NCBI GenBank assembly: GCA_965153355.1
Contig: OZ231126.1
Coordinates: 19,716,001 to 19,780,000, forward strand
From: Flaccisagitta enflata
Taxonomy: Eukaryota
Direction: 5' to 3'
DNA: 64,000 nt
Made by a program: the position numbers and the translations under genes. Below the pieces are notes generated by a model. It was not told the origin of the DNA. It saw only the letters and a list, made by a program, of their open reading frames with translations, and made no database searches. This document shows, piece by piece, positions 13,689 through 27,577 of the stretch (the stretch's first letter is position 1; each line of letters starts with the position of its first letter).

Positions 13689-16278
13689 ATGCCAAAGAAA
13701 CCATTCAGTGGCAAGCAGAAAAAAGAGCAACTCCGCGCGAAACGCGAGCGCATCGCCAATCGCGTGTCACGTGCCGACCAACCGGAAGGCGTGATCCATT
13801 TGGACAAAGAGACGAATGACGCCGAAGATGGCGATGGCGCAGTCGGTGATGACGTTGATGGCGCAACCGCTTCCGGCGTTTCCAAAGTGGAAGAAGTGGA
13901 TGTTGACGTTCCTGATGCGCGCGTGGTCTCGAAGCGCGACAAACGCGCCGATCCAAATCGATATAAACTGCAATTCTTCAAAGAGTCGAAAGAAGAGTTG
14001 AAAGAGCGACACCGATTGGCGCGTCTGCCGATTCGCTCTCTCGGGCCTCGAGCGCTGCAAATAGATTTCCCAATGTCATCATATTCTTCCTCCAAGTCAG
14101 TCGACGTTCTCGACATGCCGAAGCGTCCTCCTTGGAACTACGGTATGACTCGGGAACAACTGGAGAGACAGGAACTGGAGTATTTCCGCAAGTACGTTGA
14201 AACTATCAAAAAGGATTATAAACAAAACGCGCATAAACGAGATTTGTCGTATTTCGAATTGAATTTGGAAACATGGCGTCAGTTGTGGCGCGTGTTGGAG
14301 ATATCCGACGTCGTTTTGTGCGTCGTTGACGTCCGATTTCCGCCAGCTCATTTCCCGCCGTCTCTCTACCGTCACGTGACAGAGGACTTGAAAAAACGAG
14401 TCATCGTCGTCGTGAATAAAGTGGATTTGGCGCCGGCGCCGCTGGTCGCAGCCTGGATTAAACATTTCCGGCAGAGATTTCCGGCTATTCGAATCGTCTG
14501 TTTCTCCTCTTGTCCGATGACCGGTGAAGAATTGGAGGCGAAAGAAGCCGCGGGATTCATTCCCGGCAAGAATCTGCACAAGAAACGGTTGAAGAGGGCT
14601 ATATCCGACGCGGGACCTCGACAGCTGGTCACAGGTGAGAAGATGATGGAAGTTAGAATGATGAACCCCTGAACATCAACCGTGTCTGACGTTCCATATA
14701 CAATATACGGTACCTATATATTGGATTTTGTCACCTTCATGCCTCCTTTCATTTCTAGTTTGTCAGGATCTCGTAAAAGGAAGCGTAGATCTGACTTCGT
14801 GGTTTCACAAAATCGACGAAGACGAGAGAGAAGAGGATCTCAATCAGAACGACGATGATGAAGAGGAAGATGACGACGAAGAAGATGAGACTGATGTCGA
14901 AGTCGACACGACTTTTGACGCGTATTCTCCATTCAAAGACGGCACCCTGACGATTGGCTGCGTCGGCATTCCCAACGTCGGCAAATCTTCCATCATGAAC
15001 GCGTTGATCGGCAAAAAAGTCGTCTCCGTTTCCAAGACTCCCGGTCACACGAAACACTTTCAAACGTAAGAATAACTGTTACGAGTTTCATCCTGACCTT
15101 GGAATTTATAATCTGACTGACGTCTTACAACAACTTGTTATTCTAATGTTCAGTGGGTTCCCCTCAATACATCAGGTATTATCTCACGGAAAACGTAATT
15201 TTGTGCGATTGTCCCGGCCTCGTCTTTCCTTCTCAAATCGATCGATCTCTTCAAATTCTCGCTGGCATGTATCCCGTGGCTCAAGTCCAAGAACCTTACA
15301 CCGTCGTCGGGTAAGAAACCCGCTATGCAATTGCGACGTGAATTTACAGACGTATATGGAAGAAGGAACACATGAGTTACAAAAATGCTGAGATATTTGA
15401 ATGACCAAATATTAATGACTCATTAAGACCACAACTCTTTGAAGACGATTGAACTGACTGTTGTTTTCCTGCTTGTCTGTTCGTGTTACATAACTTTCAT
15501 CAATACACTGTCTACTTAGCTACCTCGCTCAACGACTGGATTTGCCTCGCATTTTACGCTTGACTCATCCCGACGTGGACGGAGAAGGCGTTTGGACAGC
15601 CATGGACATTTGCGACGCCTGGGCCGAGAAACGGGGCTTCATGACGGCCAAAGGCAGCCGACCCGACTCCTACCGGGCTGCTAATGAACTACTTAGACTC
15701 TCTGTTGAAGGGAAATTGGTAAGTTAGAGGGGGATTGTTGATGGATTCCTCTTACTTGAATGAGCCTGTCGGATGGATTGTACCGACTGTCAGTGGATTA
15801 ATTGTTTAGTTACTGTATACAGTCTGATTAATGATGGCATCGGGGATGACGAAGAATCTTGCGGTCCTGAGTTTGGGAAAGAGATGACATCCAAAACATG
15901 ACCGAAGACAATTCAGCATAATCCATCATTCTCGTACAGGTGTTTAACTTAACGCCACCCGGATATGAAGAGGATAGCGAGGAGGAAAAAAGTGACGATG
16001 GGAAAGAAGATGAGGAAGCGGAGGTGAAAGATCAAAGGAAAGACGACGATGCCTTGGAGGAGATCGCTAAGATGGTGAGAAACATACAAACTGCCAAGAA
16101 GAGACGTAGAGTAGGTGAACATTTGGCCAAGTGTAACAAAGACGACGTCCAGGAAGATGGAAAAGGCGTAGAGGAAGGAGAGGAAAAAGAAGAAGATGAG
16201 AATGATAATGACGAAGATTTGATACCACAAACGATTTCAAAGAATGCATTTGCCTTGTTGGGCGAGGAAGATGACTAA
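13689..16278 (+). CDS. GNL1: Circularly permuted GTPase GNL1 (HSR1/YlqF family)
   Basis: Exons 13689-14634, 14759-15065, 15176-15310, 15520-15718, 15940-16278. N-terminus MPKKPFSGKQKKEQL, FELNLETWRQLWRVLE, G4 NKVD before G1 GIPNVGKSS, TPGHTKHFQT, G3 DCPG, acidic tail ending NAFALL. Confidence 0.92.
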
Positions 16279-16631
16279 ATGTTATTTCGAAGCTCATTTT
16301 ATTCTGTTTTACTGAAAAATGTTATCTGTGAAAATACTCGTATGAATTCGTCACCAAATAAACTTTTAAAAAGAGCAGAAGAACCACTGGCTTGATATTT
16401 TACGCACGCTGGGCGGCTGGGGGACTATCGCTACCCATGACTGTCCTCTCGTCTGTGGCTACATTGCGAGTGTGGAACGGTACACTTTCACGTTGATGTA
16501 GAAGGCGTCGCGTCAATGACAATGTGTGTCGGCTTTTTGAAGCCGGATGAGTCTGTATAACGCGCTGTTCACTGCCGTTTCTGATTTTTCATTTGACACC
16601 GTGTTTCTTTGTTAAACTACGATGGCAAAGC

Positions 16632-17427
16632 TACAGTACGATGGGAGCAAAAACAAACTAGACTGGAGGATAGATTTTAGGTATCTTAATTTTATTTGAT
16701 TTATAAAAAAAATGAGATCTATGCTTATTCAATGTTGCTCTATTGCTTGAATATGCTTGCTTCTCTCATTCTTCAACTTGTGACTTAACTTCATCAGGAC
16801 TTCTTTTTTAGTCGCGTGCTACGCGACTCTACACCCCGCTTTGTCGGTCTGTCCGTCCGTCTGTTGGTCTGTCCGTCACACTTTACTTTTTTTGGGTTTT
16901 TGTGGTCTTTGGCTTCACTGCTCTTGCCCACATGATCAAATGACTTCAAATATGGCCCCTGCCCACTCGCATGTGACTGGGGTAGCCGTGTATCCCGCCT
17001 TGTTAAACGATCTAACCTAGCTCATCAGATCCAGCAGAAAATTTTACATATTTTAAAAAAAAACAATCAGCTCAATCGGATCATTTTTATAGGTTTTATG
17101 CCCGTTTTAAGTTTTACCCAGATATTGATTTGCATAATTATTCAGTTTGAAAAATAACTAAAACCTTCAAAAATGGTCCAATTGGGCTGATTTTTTTTTC
17201 AAAATTGTGTAAAATTTTCAGCCCCTTCCAATGGGCTAGGTTAGAAAGTTGAAAAATGAAGTCCTGATGATGTCAAGTCACAAGTTGAAAAATGTGAAAA
17301 GCTTATACATTCAAGCAATAGAGCAAACTTCGATTGACATAAATTTAACTTTTTTGTACATCAAATAGAATTAAGATATTTAAAATCTATCCTCCAGTCT
17401 AGGTTGTCTTTACTCCCATGGTACTGT
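16632..17427. mobile_element. Foldback MITE (TACAGTAC..GTACTGTA) with nested HINE-like copy at about 16805-17004
   Basis: Long inverted arms; the left arm is interrupted by an AGTCGCGT..ACGCGACT element. Confidence 0.75.
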
Positions 17428-18245
17428 ATGAGTGACACGTTTTGTCGTTGTATCAGTTTTTATCATTTGGCGTGAGTTGAGCATGTGGACGAACCAACGA
17501 ATCATCTTTGCGTTTTTTTTGCTTGGTCAAAATCATTGATCATTGTTTTTGGAATTCTTTAGAAAACTCGGGGGGAAGGGAGGGGAGGAATTAAGAAGAA
17601 AAGATGTTAAAGTAGATGTTGTCTAGACTTGAGATAAGGGGGGCAAGTATTGTGGAAAGACGAATGAAGGCAGGGGAGCCATATTTGGATTATAGACTAA
17701 TCAAAAGATGCTAAATTCCCCATGATAGCTGGTTGCCATGGAAACACGTTTCCATGTATTCTACAGGGGTAGGAAGGTTAAAAATTTTTTAACTTTTTTT
17801 AACTTTTTTTAACTTTTTAACTTTTTAACCTGATTTTTAAAAGTTACAAAAAGTTAAAAAAAGTTAAAAAGTTAAAAAATGTTAAAAAAAGTTAAAAAGT
17901 TAAAAAATAGAAAGTTAAAAAGTTAAATGGTTAAAAAGCTTCAAAATTACAGTCCCCGACTGGGGACTGTAATTTTTGAAGCTTTCTCGTTGCGTAAATG
18001 CAACTCGAGAAGATACACTACAACACAGCTATTTCAAGAAAAAAAATATTGTTTTAATGATGACAAAACTTGACAATGATAACAATAGTGGATGATGATG
18101 ACAACAATGAATGATAATGACAATGACAACCAAAATCTAAGGAAAAAATGTTAAAAAAATTTTTCGAAAGAAAAAATAAAAAAATTTCAGGAAAAAAAAA
18201 AAAGTTTCAAAAAAAAATTTTTTCAAAAAAAGAAAAAAAAAATTT

Positions 18246-18304
<59 letters not shown>

Positions 18305-18436
18305 AAAAAAAAAAAAAAAAAAAAAAATTTCAAAAAAATTTTGCAAAAAAATTTAAAAAAAAACTTTTCAAAAAATTCAACAGTTGAAGATGATGACAGT
18401 AGTCGAAGATGATGACAGTAGTTGAGGATGATGATA

Positions 18437-19052
18437 CACCATCCATCCAAATTACCGCCAGGCGGTTTTTAGTATTACTCTGAATTTTTCGCTTGAATTT
18501 ACTCAGGATGGACTTCCTGAACTAGAATCCAGCTTTAAAGAAATCTTTCTTGTGGCGCTTTCTGAAAAAAATCCAAAATTGATAATTTTTCATTCTAAAT
18601 TGCACCCAGATTCTAGAGGGTTGTTAGAAAACCTTTTTAAATAGCATATTTGAATTCCTGATGAAATTTCCTTTTGTTTGATAGGTCGCACTATATATTT
18701 TTCAAAAGAGATCAAATTTTCAATTTTTTAGCCACCGTTACTTTTTGTAACGGTGGCTTAGAAATTAAAAACTTTATTTCTTTTTAAAAACATATAGTGC
18801 GACCTATCAAATGAAAGGAAATTTTATCAGGAATTTAGATATGCTATCTAAAAAGATCTTCTAACAACCCTAAAAATTCTGAATTCAAAATAAGAGAAAA
18901 AACAATTAATTTTGGATTTTTTTTCAAAAGGCGCCACAAGAAAGGTTTTTTTGAAGCTGGATTCTTATTCAGGACGTCTATATTGAGAGTAAACAAGCGG
19001 AAAATCCAGAGTAATACTGAAAACCACCTGGCGGTAGTTTGAACGGATGGTG
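18437..19052. mobile_element. Foldback MITE CACCATCC..GGATGGTG with 4-bp TSD GATA (Chapaev/CMC-like ends)
   Basis: Near-complete palindrome; GATA on both flanks. Confidence 0.7.
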
Positions 19053-19059
19053 GATAGTA

Positions 19060-19505
19060 GATGAAGATGATGATATTAGATGAAGATGATGACAGTAGCT
19101 GAAGATTATGACAGTAGCTGAAGATTATGACAGTAGTTGAAGATTATGACAGTAGTTGAAGATTATTACAGTAGTTGAAGATTATTACAGTAGTTGAAGA
19201 TGATGACAGTAGTTGAAGATGATGACAGTAGTTGAAGATGATGACAGTAGTTGAAGATGATGACAGTAGTTGAAGATGATGACAGTAGTTGAAGATGATG
19301 ACAGTAGTTGAAGATGATGACAGTAGTTGAAGATGATGACAGTAGTTGAAGATGAGGACAGTAGTTGAAGATGAGGACAGTAGTTGAAGATGATCACAGT
19401 AGTTGAAGATGATCACAGTAGTTGAAGATGATCACAGTAGTTGAAGATGATCACAGTAGTTGAAGATGATCACAGTAGTTGAAGATGATCACAGTAGTTG
19501 AAGAT
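19060..19505. repeat. 19-bp minisatellite (CAGTAGTTGAAGATGATGA)n
   Basis: Direct reading; further units at 18380-18436 on the other side of the inserted MITE. Confidence 0.92.
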
Positions 19506-21479
19506 GAATCTTGAAATCCATGATGGCAAACCTAAAGAAAAATCAGAATGTAATAAATGAGCAAGTAAGAGAACTCCAATCCTTTATATAAATCTAAGTC
19601 CTAGTAACATATTACTACATTAATAAGCTAATATCTTATGAACCAGACTTCAGATTTAATTCGAATTTTGCAGGGGCAGTTCAATTAATATCCTTTACTT
19701 GTAAACCAAATCAAAAAAAAATTCACATAACTTTGCTACCCTTTGCCTATGTAAACTGCCTAAGTCATAGTAACATATTACTACATAAATAAGCTAATAT
19801 ATCATAAACCAGACTTCAGATTTAATTCGAATTTTGCAGGGGTTAGTTATTTACTACCCTCTACTTGTGTACCAAATTAGAAAAAAATTCACATACCTTT
19901 ACTACCCTTTGCCTATATAAATTGCCTAAGTCCTAGCAACATACTACTACATAAATAATAGGCAAAGGGTAGTAAAAGTTTATGAATTTTTCTGAAAATT
20001 GGTACACAAGCTCCTATTGACCTATAAACAACACCAGCAAAGTTTCATAAAATTCTGAAGTCTGGTTCCAAAAATATGAGAGGGTTTTAAACAGACAAAC
20101 AAACAGACGACAGACTACACATCACTGCTACTTCATAGTCACCGACGAAAACTGTTTGTCGGGGACAAAAAAAGTTAAAAAATAATAAAAAAGTAAAACA
20201 GCTGTCACTATATTTTTTGACAATACAATGAACTAAGAAATATCAGATGGCATGGATTTTATAGAGAAGGTTTTAAACTTTTTTTAACTTTTTGATTTTT
20301 AAACTTTTTAACCTGGTTTTTAACTTTTTAACCAAATCTTAACTTTTCAACCAAATTTTTTAACTTTTTAACTTTTTAACCGGATTTTTAACTTTTTAAC
20401 TTTTTAACCGGATTTTTTAACTTTTTTTAACTTTTTTTAACTTTTTTTAACGTTTTTTAACTTTTTTTAACTTTTTTTAACTTTTTAACTTTGCTTTAAA
20501 AGTTACAAAAAGTTAAAAAAAGTTAAAAAATTTTTAACCTTCCTACCCCTGATTCTAGCTAAAATATCAATATTTTGAGAGATTTTTTTAGGGAACATTG
20601 CTTAAGATAAAATTTTCCACAACTTTCCCACAGTATGTTCTGTAAGAATGTCGCTCATTTGGCTGTTGCTAAGGAGTGTATCCATGTGTGATAACCCCTA
20701 GCAACCGCTAAACTAGCGACATTCTTACAGAATATACTGTGGGAAAGTTGTAGCAAATTTTATTTTAAGCAATGTTCCTTAAAAAGATCTCTCAAAATAT
20801 TGATACTTGAGCGAGAATACATGGAAATGTGTTTCCATGGCAACCAGCTATCATGGGCAATAAAGCATCCCCTTATCAATCTATGTTTAAAATATCATTC
20901 CCCTGGCTTCATTTGTTTTCCTACAATGCTTGCCCCTGTTATCTCAAGTCTAGACGAGATCTACTGTACCGGTTGCGTCTCTGTGTGCACGTAAGTGCCC
21001 TTGTCTTCTCTTGCTTATGATTTGATCAAAACATTGTCATGCTTATTGACACACCTAAACTGACCGTGTTCAAGTTTGCGTGAGTTGAGGATGTGGACGT
21101 GTCAGCAACTTTCCCGGAATTATCGTCGCTTTTCTCATTTTTATGTTCTGATAATATAATTGGAGGCTTGACAAATTTACATAGAAAACCAGGATTAGGA
21201 TTTGGGTTTTTCGCTAGGCCAACGATCGGGCGCCGGTAGTATCTTTCATTTTCTTGTCGAGCCAACAGGCGAGGTAAGCTCTCGTAAAGGAGCTTAATTC
21301 ATTAACTCTGCTGCTGTCCCTCTCTCTGTTTATCTCTCCCTTCGTCAGTCTGTCCCTGCTTGCCTCTGTTTTCTGTCCCTTCTGTCTGACCTTTCTGTCT
21401 TTCACCCTGTCTCTTAGCCTTTTTCCCCTGGCCTAGCCTTTCCATCTCGCAACCTTCGTCTTTTCGCCCTCTCTCTTTA

Positions 21480-22095
21480 AGTCTTCTGTCTCTTAGTCTT
21501 CTGTCTCTTAGTCTTCTGTCTCTTAGTCTTCTGTCTCTCAGTCTTCTGTCTCTTAGTCTTCTGTCTCTTAGTCTTCTGTCTCTTAGTCTTCTGTCTCTTA
21601 GTCTTCTGTCTCTTAGTCTTCTGTCTCTTAGTCTCCTGTCTCTTAGTCTTCTGTCTCTTAGCCTCCTGTCTCTTAGTCTCCATTCTCTTAGTTTCCTGTC
21701 TCTGTCTCTTAGTCTTCTGTCTCTTAGTCTTCTGTCTCTTAATCTTCTGTCTCTAAATCTTCTGTCTCTTAATCTTCTGTCCTAATGTTTTGTCTCTTAA
21801 TCTTCTATCTCTTAGATTTCTTTCTCTTAGTCTTCTGTCTCTTAGTCTTCTGTCTCTTTGTCGTCTGTCTCTTACTCTTTTGTCTCTTACTCTTTTGTCT
21901 CTTAGTCTTCTGTCTCTTAGTCTTCTGTCTCTAAGGCTTCTGTCTCCAAGCCCTCCTATTCTAAGCCCTTTTCTCTAACCCCTCTGTCTCTAGGCCTTCT
22001 GTCTCTAACCCTTTTGTCTCTAACCTTTTTGTCTCTAACCCTTCTGTCTCTAACCCCTCTCTCTTCCGTCTTTGGGTCTTCTGTCTCTTAGCCTC
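21480..22095. repeat. 15-bp minisatellite (GTCTTCTGTCTCTTA)n
   Basis: Direct reading; degenerates toward the right. Confidence 0.92.
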
Positions 22096-22412
22096 TGTCT
22101 CGAAAATATTACCATCTTTCTTTGATCTCGTTAACATAAGTGAAAAGTTTTATTTATACATTCGGTCGATTTTTTATCCGATTAGCGTCCGCGATTAGCG
22201 ACGTCGTCATCGTCTTGAGCTCCGTCTTCGTCATCGAATCTTATTTTCATTAAAACTTTCAAAAAAACTCGGGGAAAATAGAAATTAGGAAAGAGAAGAA
22301 GAAAAGATTAAGAAATGAACATGCCATTCGAGTCTTTACACCGTTGCAATTTAGATGCTCTGGTCGTTTCTTTCGCCTCCACTGAATGATACATTGTCAA
22401 TGCTCTCTCACA

Positions 22413-22819
22413 TACAGAGAAGTGCTAAATACAAGGTGTGAACCCCCTAAAAACTGTAGCACCCCCACCCACAGCTCTAACCAGTTCTATTACAGAGACT
22501 TTTAGGGTAAAGAATGAATGTTTGTATCAATAGAAGTAGCGCCACCAGAGCGATTTTTAAATTTTAACCTCTAACTCAAAATATCACTAATAAACATGTT
22601 AAAATGAGCTAATTTTAAATATTCATAAAAATAAGATTTTTGTACTATAATTTTGAACTGGAGTGGAAATTTTAAAATCGCCCTGGTGGCGCTACTTGTA
22701 TAGTCCTAAGCTATGATTTAAAACCCAACACAAATTATCTATTGGTGTAGTTTGATCTGTAAGGGGGGGGGTGCTACAGTTTTAGGGGGTTCACATTTTA
22801 TATTTCGCCTTCCTCTGTA
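22413..22819. mobile_element. Foldback MITE with TACAG..CTGTA termini
   Basis: GTGAACCCCCTAAAAACTGTAGCACCCC is inverted as GGGGTGCTACAGTTTTAGGGGGTTCAC. Confidence 0.72.
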
Positions 22820-22946
22820 GAGATCTGGAGATTCTAGTCATTTCTCACAAGAATTTTTTTAGTCGCGTACACGCGACTCTACAACCTGCTTTGTCCGTCG
22901 GTCGGTCGGTTGGTCGGTCAGTTGGTCGGTCACATTTTACTTTTTT

Positions 22947-24548
22947 TGTCCGCGACGGAATATCATTCCGACGCGGACTATAATTCAAGCAGGTGGGGGA
23001 ATGCTAAAATAATTTTAACACATTTTAACACGTTTTAACACATTTTAACACGATGTACCTGTTATTTTTCAGGACAGGTGTTAAAACAGTTTTAACATGT
23101 TTTAATACTCTTTTTCCCGCAGGTTTTTTAGGAATCATGTAAAAATCCAAATGAAATTGGGTTAGCATTCAGTTACAACAATGTTAATCGATTTTAACAC
23201 ATTTTTAATATGGTGTTATAATGGTTTTAACACTGAGTTAAAATGGTTTTAACACGGTGTTAAAACAATGTTAAAATGGTTTTAACACGGTGTTAAAACA
23301 ATGTTAAAATGATTTTAACACGGTGTTAAAACAATGTTAAAATGGTTTTAACACAGTTTTAACACAGTTTTAACATGTTGTGGCTTTGTTAAAATCCATT
23401 TTTTTTGAAAACTAAAAAAAATTGTGAAAAGTTTCTTCCTCTTAGGTTTTAACACGTTTTAACACATTTTAACACCGTACCTGTTATTTCTAGGGCGTGT
23501 TAAAATGTGTTAAAATGTGTTAAAATGTGTTAAAATTATTTTAGCATTCCCCCACCTGTTCAAGGCGGGTGGGTGTCGTCGTCGTTGTCGTCGTTGTCGT
23601 CGTTGTCGTCGTCGTCCCGGATTTTAAAAAATGGATAACTTTTTTATGCTTTGACCGATTTGGTTCATATTTGGTGGGAAGTTGTACTAGGGTAAGGCGC
23701 TTTACATCCTATCCGATTTTTGTGATCCGACCAACCCAACTGGCCCAACCAGCCTACCGGCCTAAAAGTGAAAAACGTGCATAACTTTGGCATTTTTCAA
23801 CCAATTTAGCTGAAATTTGGTATGGAGTCTCTAAATGGAAGGCCTCAACATATGTATATGATTTATATGCATTTGAGCATGCTAACCGGCCAAACCGACC
23901 TACCACCCAACCCCAACCCGCCTAAAAGTGAAAAACTTGCATAACTTTGTCATTTTTCAACTGATTTGGTTGAAACTTGGTATGGAGTCTCTAAATGGAA
24001 GAACTCAACATATGCACACTATTTATCCTGTCAAACCAGCCTACCACCCAACCAGCCTAAAAGTGAAAAATGCGTATAACTTTGGCATTTTTCAACCAAT
24101 TTGGTTAAAATTTAGTATGGAGTCTCTAAATGGAAGGACTCAACACATGAATGTGATTTATTTATGTTTGAGCATGATAACCGGCCAAACCGTCCTACCA
24201 CCCAACCAGCTTACTGGCCTAAAAGTGAAAAACTTGCATAAATTGGACATTTTTCAACCAATTTGGTTGAAACTTGGCATGGGGTCTCTAAATGGAAGAA
24301 CTCAACATATGCACACTATTAAACCAAACCAGCCTACCACCCAACCACCCTACTAGCCTAAGAGTGAAAAATGTGCATAACTTTGCTATTTTTCAACGGA
24401 TTTGCATGAAACTTTGTATGGAGGCTTTAAATGTAAAGACTTATAGTTTTAGGGAACTTACAGGGTTAGCGATCTTTTGGTCATAGCGATCTTATGGAAT
24501 TGGTGATCTTTAACCCCCCTCCGTCGCGGACCCAGATACTGTTCAGAT
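22947..24548 (+). mobile_element. HINE-like element, family 3 (TGTCCGCGACGG..CCGACGCGGAC; 3' CCGTCGCGGAC)
   Basis: Highly similar uninterrupted copy at 43022-44062; internal tandem units of roughly 130-160 bp. Confidence 0.7.
22990..23558. mobile_element. TIR element CAGGTGGGGGAATGC with 6-bp TSD (TTCAAG)
   Basis: Matching TIRs; TTCAAG duplicated here and single in the empty-site copy at about 43059. Confidence 0.9.
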
Positions 24549-24845
24549 TTTTTATGATTTTATTTTTTTTACCTCACTGCTCCTGCCCAAATGTTCTAGT
24601 GACCTCTTATATGGCCCCTGCCCACTCGCACGCGACTTCGGTAGCCGTGTATCCGGCCTTGTTTCTTAAGATGTTTGTCTTGACGAAAAGACTCTTGATG
24701 ACTAGAAGTGGGAACGCGAGGAACGGATTTAAAGAAGTTGATTTGAACCACTAGAAAATGCTATTCTCGTCGGTTTGAAGAAAAAAAAATGATAAGGTGA
24801 ACTTCCGATTTGGTGAATGCCGTTTAGATATTGCAAATCGTTAAG

Positions 24846-27130
24846 ATGGACGGGACGGGATTTATTCATCACACCATCTCCGAGGACGAGATTCATCTTC
24901 GAATCAAGACAGGTTGGACAGTGTGTAACTTTACGATGGGTTTCTCTCTTTCAGTAAAGGTTTCTCAAGAGAAATCTGAAGCAATGAAAGAAGTTGGCTT
25001 TGGTTTTCATTCTCTCTCATAACTTGGGTAAACTCTCCCATCTTAATTTCCTCACTTCTTCTCTCTGATAGGCCGTGGTCAAGAACTACCCTCGGTTCCG
25101 ACGCACGCGGAGATCACGTGCTCTCGCGCTAGCGATGGCGGCGCCGAGGACGACAACGCCAGTCCAACCGATGAAGTCGTTCGGAGATTCATCTGCAAGT
25201 ATCAGGACTGCGAACGCTCTTACTCCACCGCCGGCAATCTCAAAACGCACGAGAAGACCCACAAGGGAGAATACACTTTCTCTTGTCAACAGGCCGGCTG
25301 CGGAAAGGCGTTTCTCACGTCTTACAGGTAAGTTTACAAGGTCAATTTGGGTAACGATGCGTCATAAATGAAGGAAAAGAATGAATGTAAGTTTTGGCAG
25401 AAGAAGGCTGCTTCGTTCATCTAAATGTATGCCGTCATTGAAGAGACATTTTCCTTTTTTGGTATGGATGGATATGATAAAATGATAGCATTAAAATTAT
25501 AAAAGTATCTTCAAAATCACAAGAAAATGGCGAAAAAGCAGGACAGAATCATAAAAAATGAATTATTATATTGAAATCGCAATGGAACCTTTTATAAGGC
25601 TTAAAAAGGGGAAAATTGTACATCTTTTTATTTAGAAATAGTAATGATAATTGCTTGTTACGCCTATACATTTTGGATTTATGGGTTGTTGACACGGGAC
25701 TCCGAAACATGAATATCTATAGTCTTTTTGGTCAAAATTTGAGCTTTTTTATGTTTAAAATAAATACAGGTTCGGATGGATTATAAAATACTATATGTCA
25801 CTTTCTAACCCACCCCACCCTACAGCCCAAACCACTTATGGTAGAAACATGAAATTTGGTATGGAAAGTCAGTGGGGGAATACTTTTTGGGTCATCAGAG
25901 GGTTTTTTCAATTTCCGCCCCTGAGCAGAGATATGGGGGTGGGGTGGGGTAGCCCCTGAGGGTTAAAAAAATCTCAAAAAATTTTTTTTTGAGATTTTGA
26001 ATTTTTTCAATTGGACATGTTATATTAGGCTCTAAAAAACATAAAAAACTAAAAATTATTATAAAATTCTAATTGTATGTGATTTTATGACTATTTTTAA
26101 TGTTTTTGAAATACTTCGTTCTAACCTTTAAAAGTGCATAAGTCTTTAAGTTTTGAGAATAATTCAAAATTTTGTGTTTATTTACCATGGTATAAACTAG
26201 ATTTAACCAATACAATTCAAAAATTGGAAAAATTAAAAAAAAATTTCTTGAGATTTTTCAACCCTCAGGGGCTACTCCACCCCACCCCCATATCTCTGCT
26301 CAGGGGCAGAAATTGAAAAAAATCCTCTGATGGCCCAAAAAGTATTCCCCCACTGACTTTCCTTACCAAATTCCATGTCTCTACCATAAGTGGTTTGGGC
26401 TGTAGGGTGGGGTGGGTTAGAAAGTGACATATAGCATTTTATAATCCATCCGAACCTGTATTACTATAAAAAGTCAATTTGTTAAAACTTCAATTTTGGC
26501 TACTTAAAATGCTGGGTCATCGCTGCTCATTGAAAAATACATTCATCTATAATACATTTACCAAATACCAGGAGCTCAGCTTGCTCCTATGCGTCGCATA
26601 GCGTCGCCAGTGTGCAAAAGATTACTATGTTATGAGTTGGTTGTAGAAAGTCAAGAAATGTCCTATGAAAAAGTTTTCTGTGTTCCCCAAGTTGTTCTTA
26701 TGTTGTCGGAGTGTCGTCCCGATGTTGTCCAATAGTGTGCTCAGTTGTCTTCGAGTTGTCCTTGTAATTGTACTGTCCTGATCTTGTCCCAAAGCTGTCT
26801 AAGTTCTGTGACTGAATATTGCAGGAGTTTGTCTGTAGGTTCTAAATTGAACACATGTGATTCTAGAATTTGGTCTGTTGTCCAACACAGGTTTTAGTTG
26901 TCCAACTTGTCCCAGTTTTCCTTGACTTGTCCTCAAGTTGCCCCATAACTATCCTGGATTTGGATATATGGTCTTAATTATCAGGGACTCAATGTAGTGT
27001 GAGGTCTATCTATGAGTTACGAATATTTAGGACTCAAGAGGTTGGCCTGTTGGTAGTCATTCCCGGCATTGTCCAAGAAGTGTCCCGACCTTTCTCATAC
27101 ATGTATGTGAACACCCAGACACACACACAC

Positions 27131-27176
<46 letters not shown>

Positions 27177-27503
27177 ACGCACACGCACACACACACACAC
27201 ACACTAGGCTGGTTACCTGAAGGGTGAATTTGGCTCAAAATTTAAAATTCCTCCGCCATCTAACCATACATTCTAACCGGCATTTGGGTATTAAATCACA
27301 CAAGCAGAGGTTGGTATTTGATCAAGAAACCCGCACGGCGAAACAATGATAAAGTATATGAAAGCAATTTTACGCCCATTGAAACTCTATAGATACCGAT
27401 CTCCGCATGGCTTAATACTTTTTTAAATACGACGTAGAGTGTATGGTTAGTTAACTAAGGAGTTCTAAAATTTGACCACATTTGACCTTCCAGGTAGCCG
27501 CCC

Positions 27504-27577
<74 letters not shown>

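Larger units (their letters stand above)
17935..20167 (-). mobile_element. HINE-like family 1 copy carrying a 19-bp minisatellite
   Basis: Reverse-complement match to both ends of 6719-8045. Confidence 0.65.
17764..20551. mobile_element. TIR element CAGGGGTAGGAAGG with 6-bp TSD (ATTCTA) and TTTTAAC-rich interior
   Basis: Matching terminal inverted repeats; ATTCTA at 17758-17763 and 20552-20557. Confidence 0.85.
17619..20967. mobile_element. Foldback element hosting three nested insertions
   Basis: GTCTAGACTTGAGATAA... at left is inverted as ...TTATCTCAAGTCTAGAC at about 20937-20955. Confidence 0.7.
22858..24664 (+). mobile_element. Short HINE/DINE-like family (AGTCGCGT..ACGCGACT, (GTCG/GTCC)n) interrupted by nested elements
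   Basis: Same family at about 315-550 (-), 16805-17004 (+), 34850-35490 (+) and 61540-61735 (-). Confidence 0.65.
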
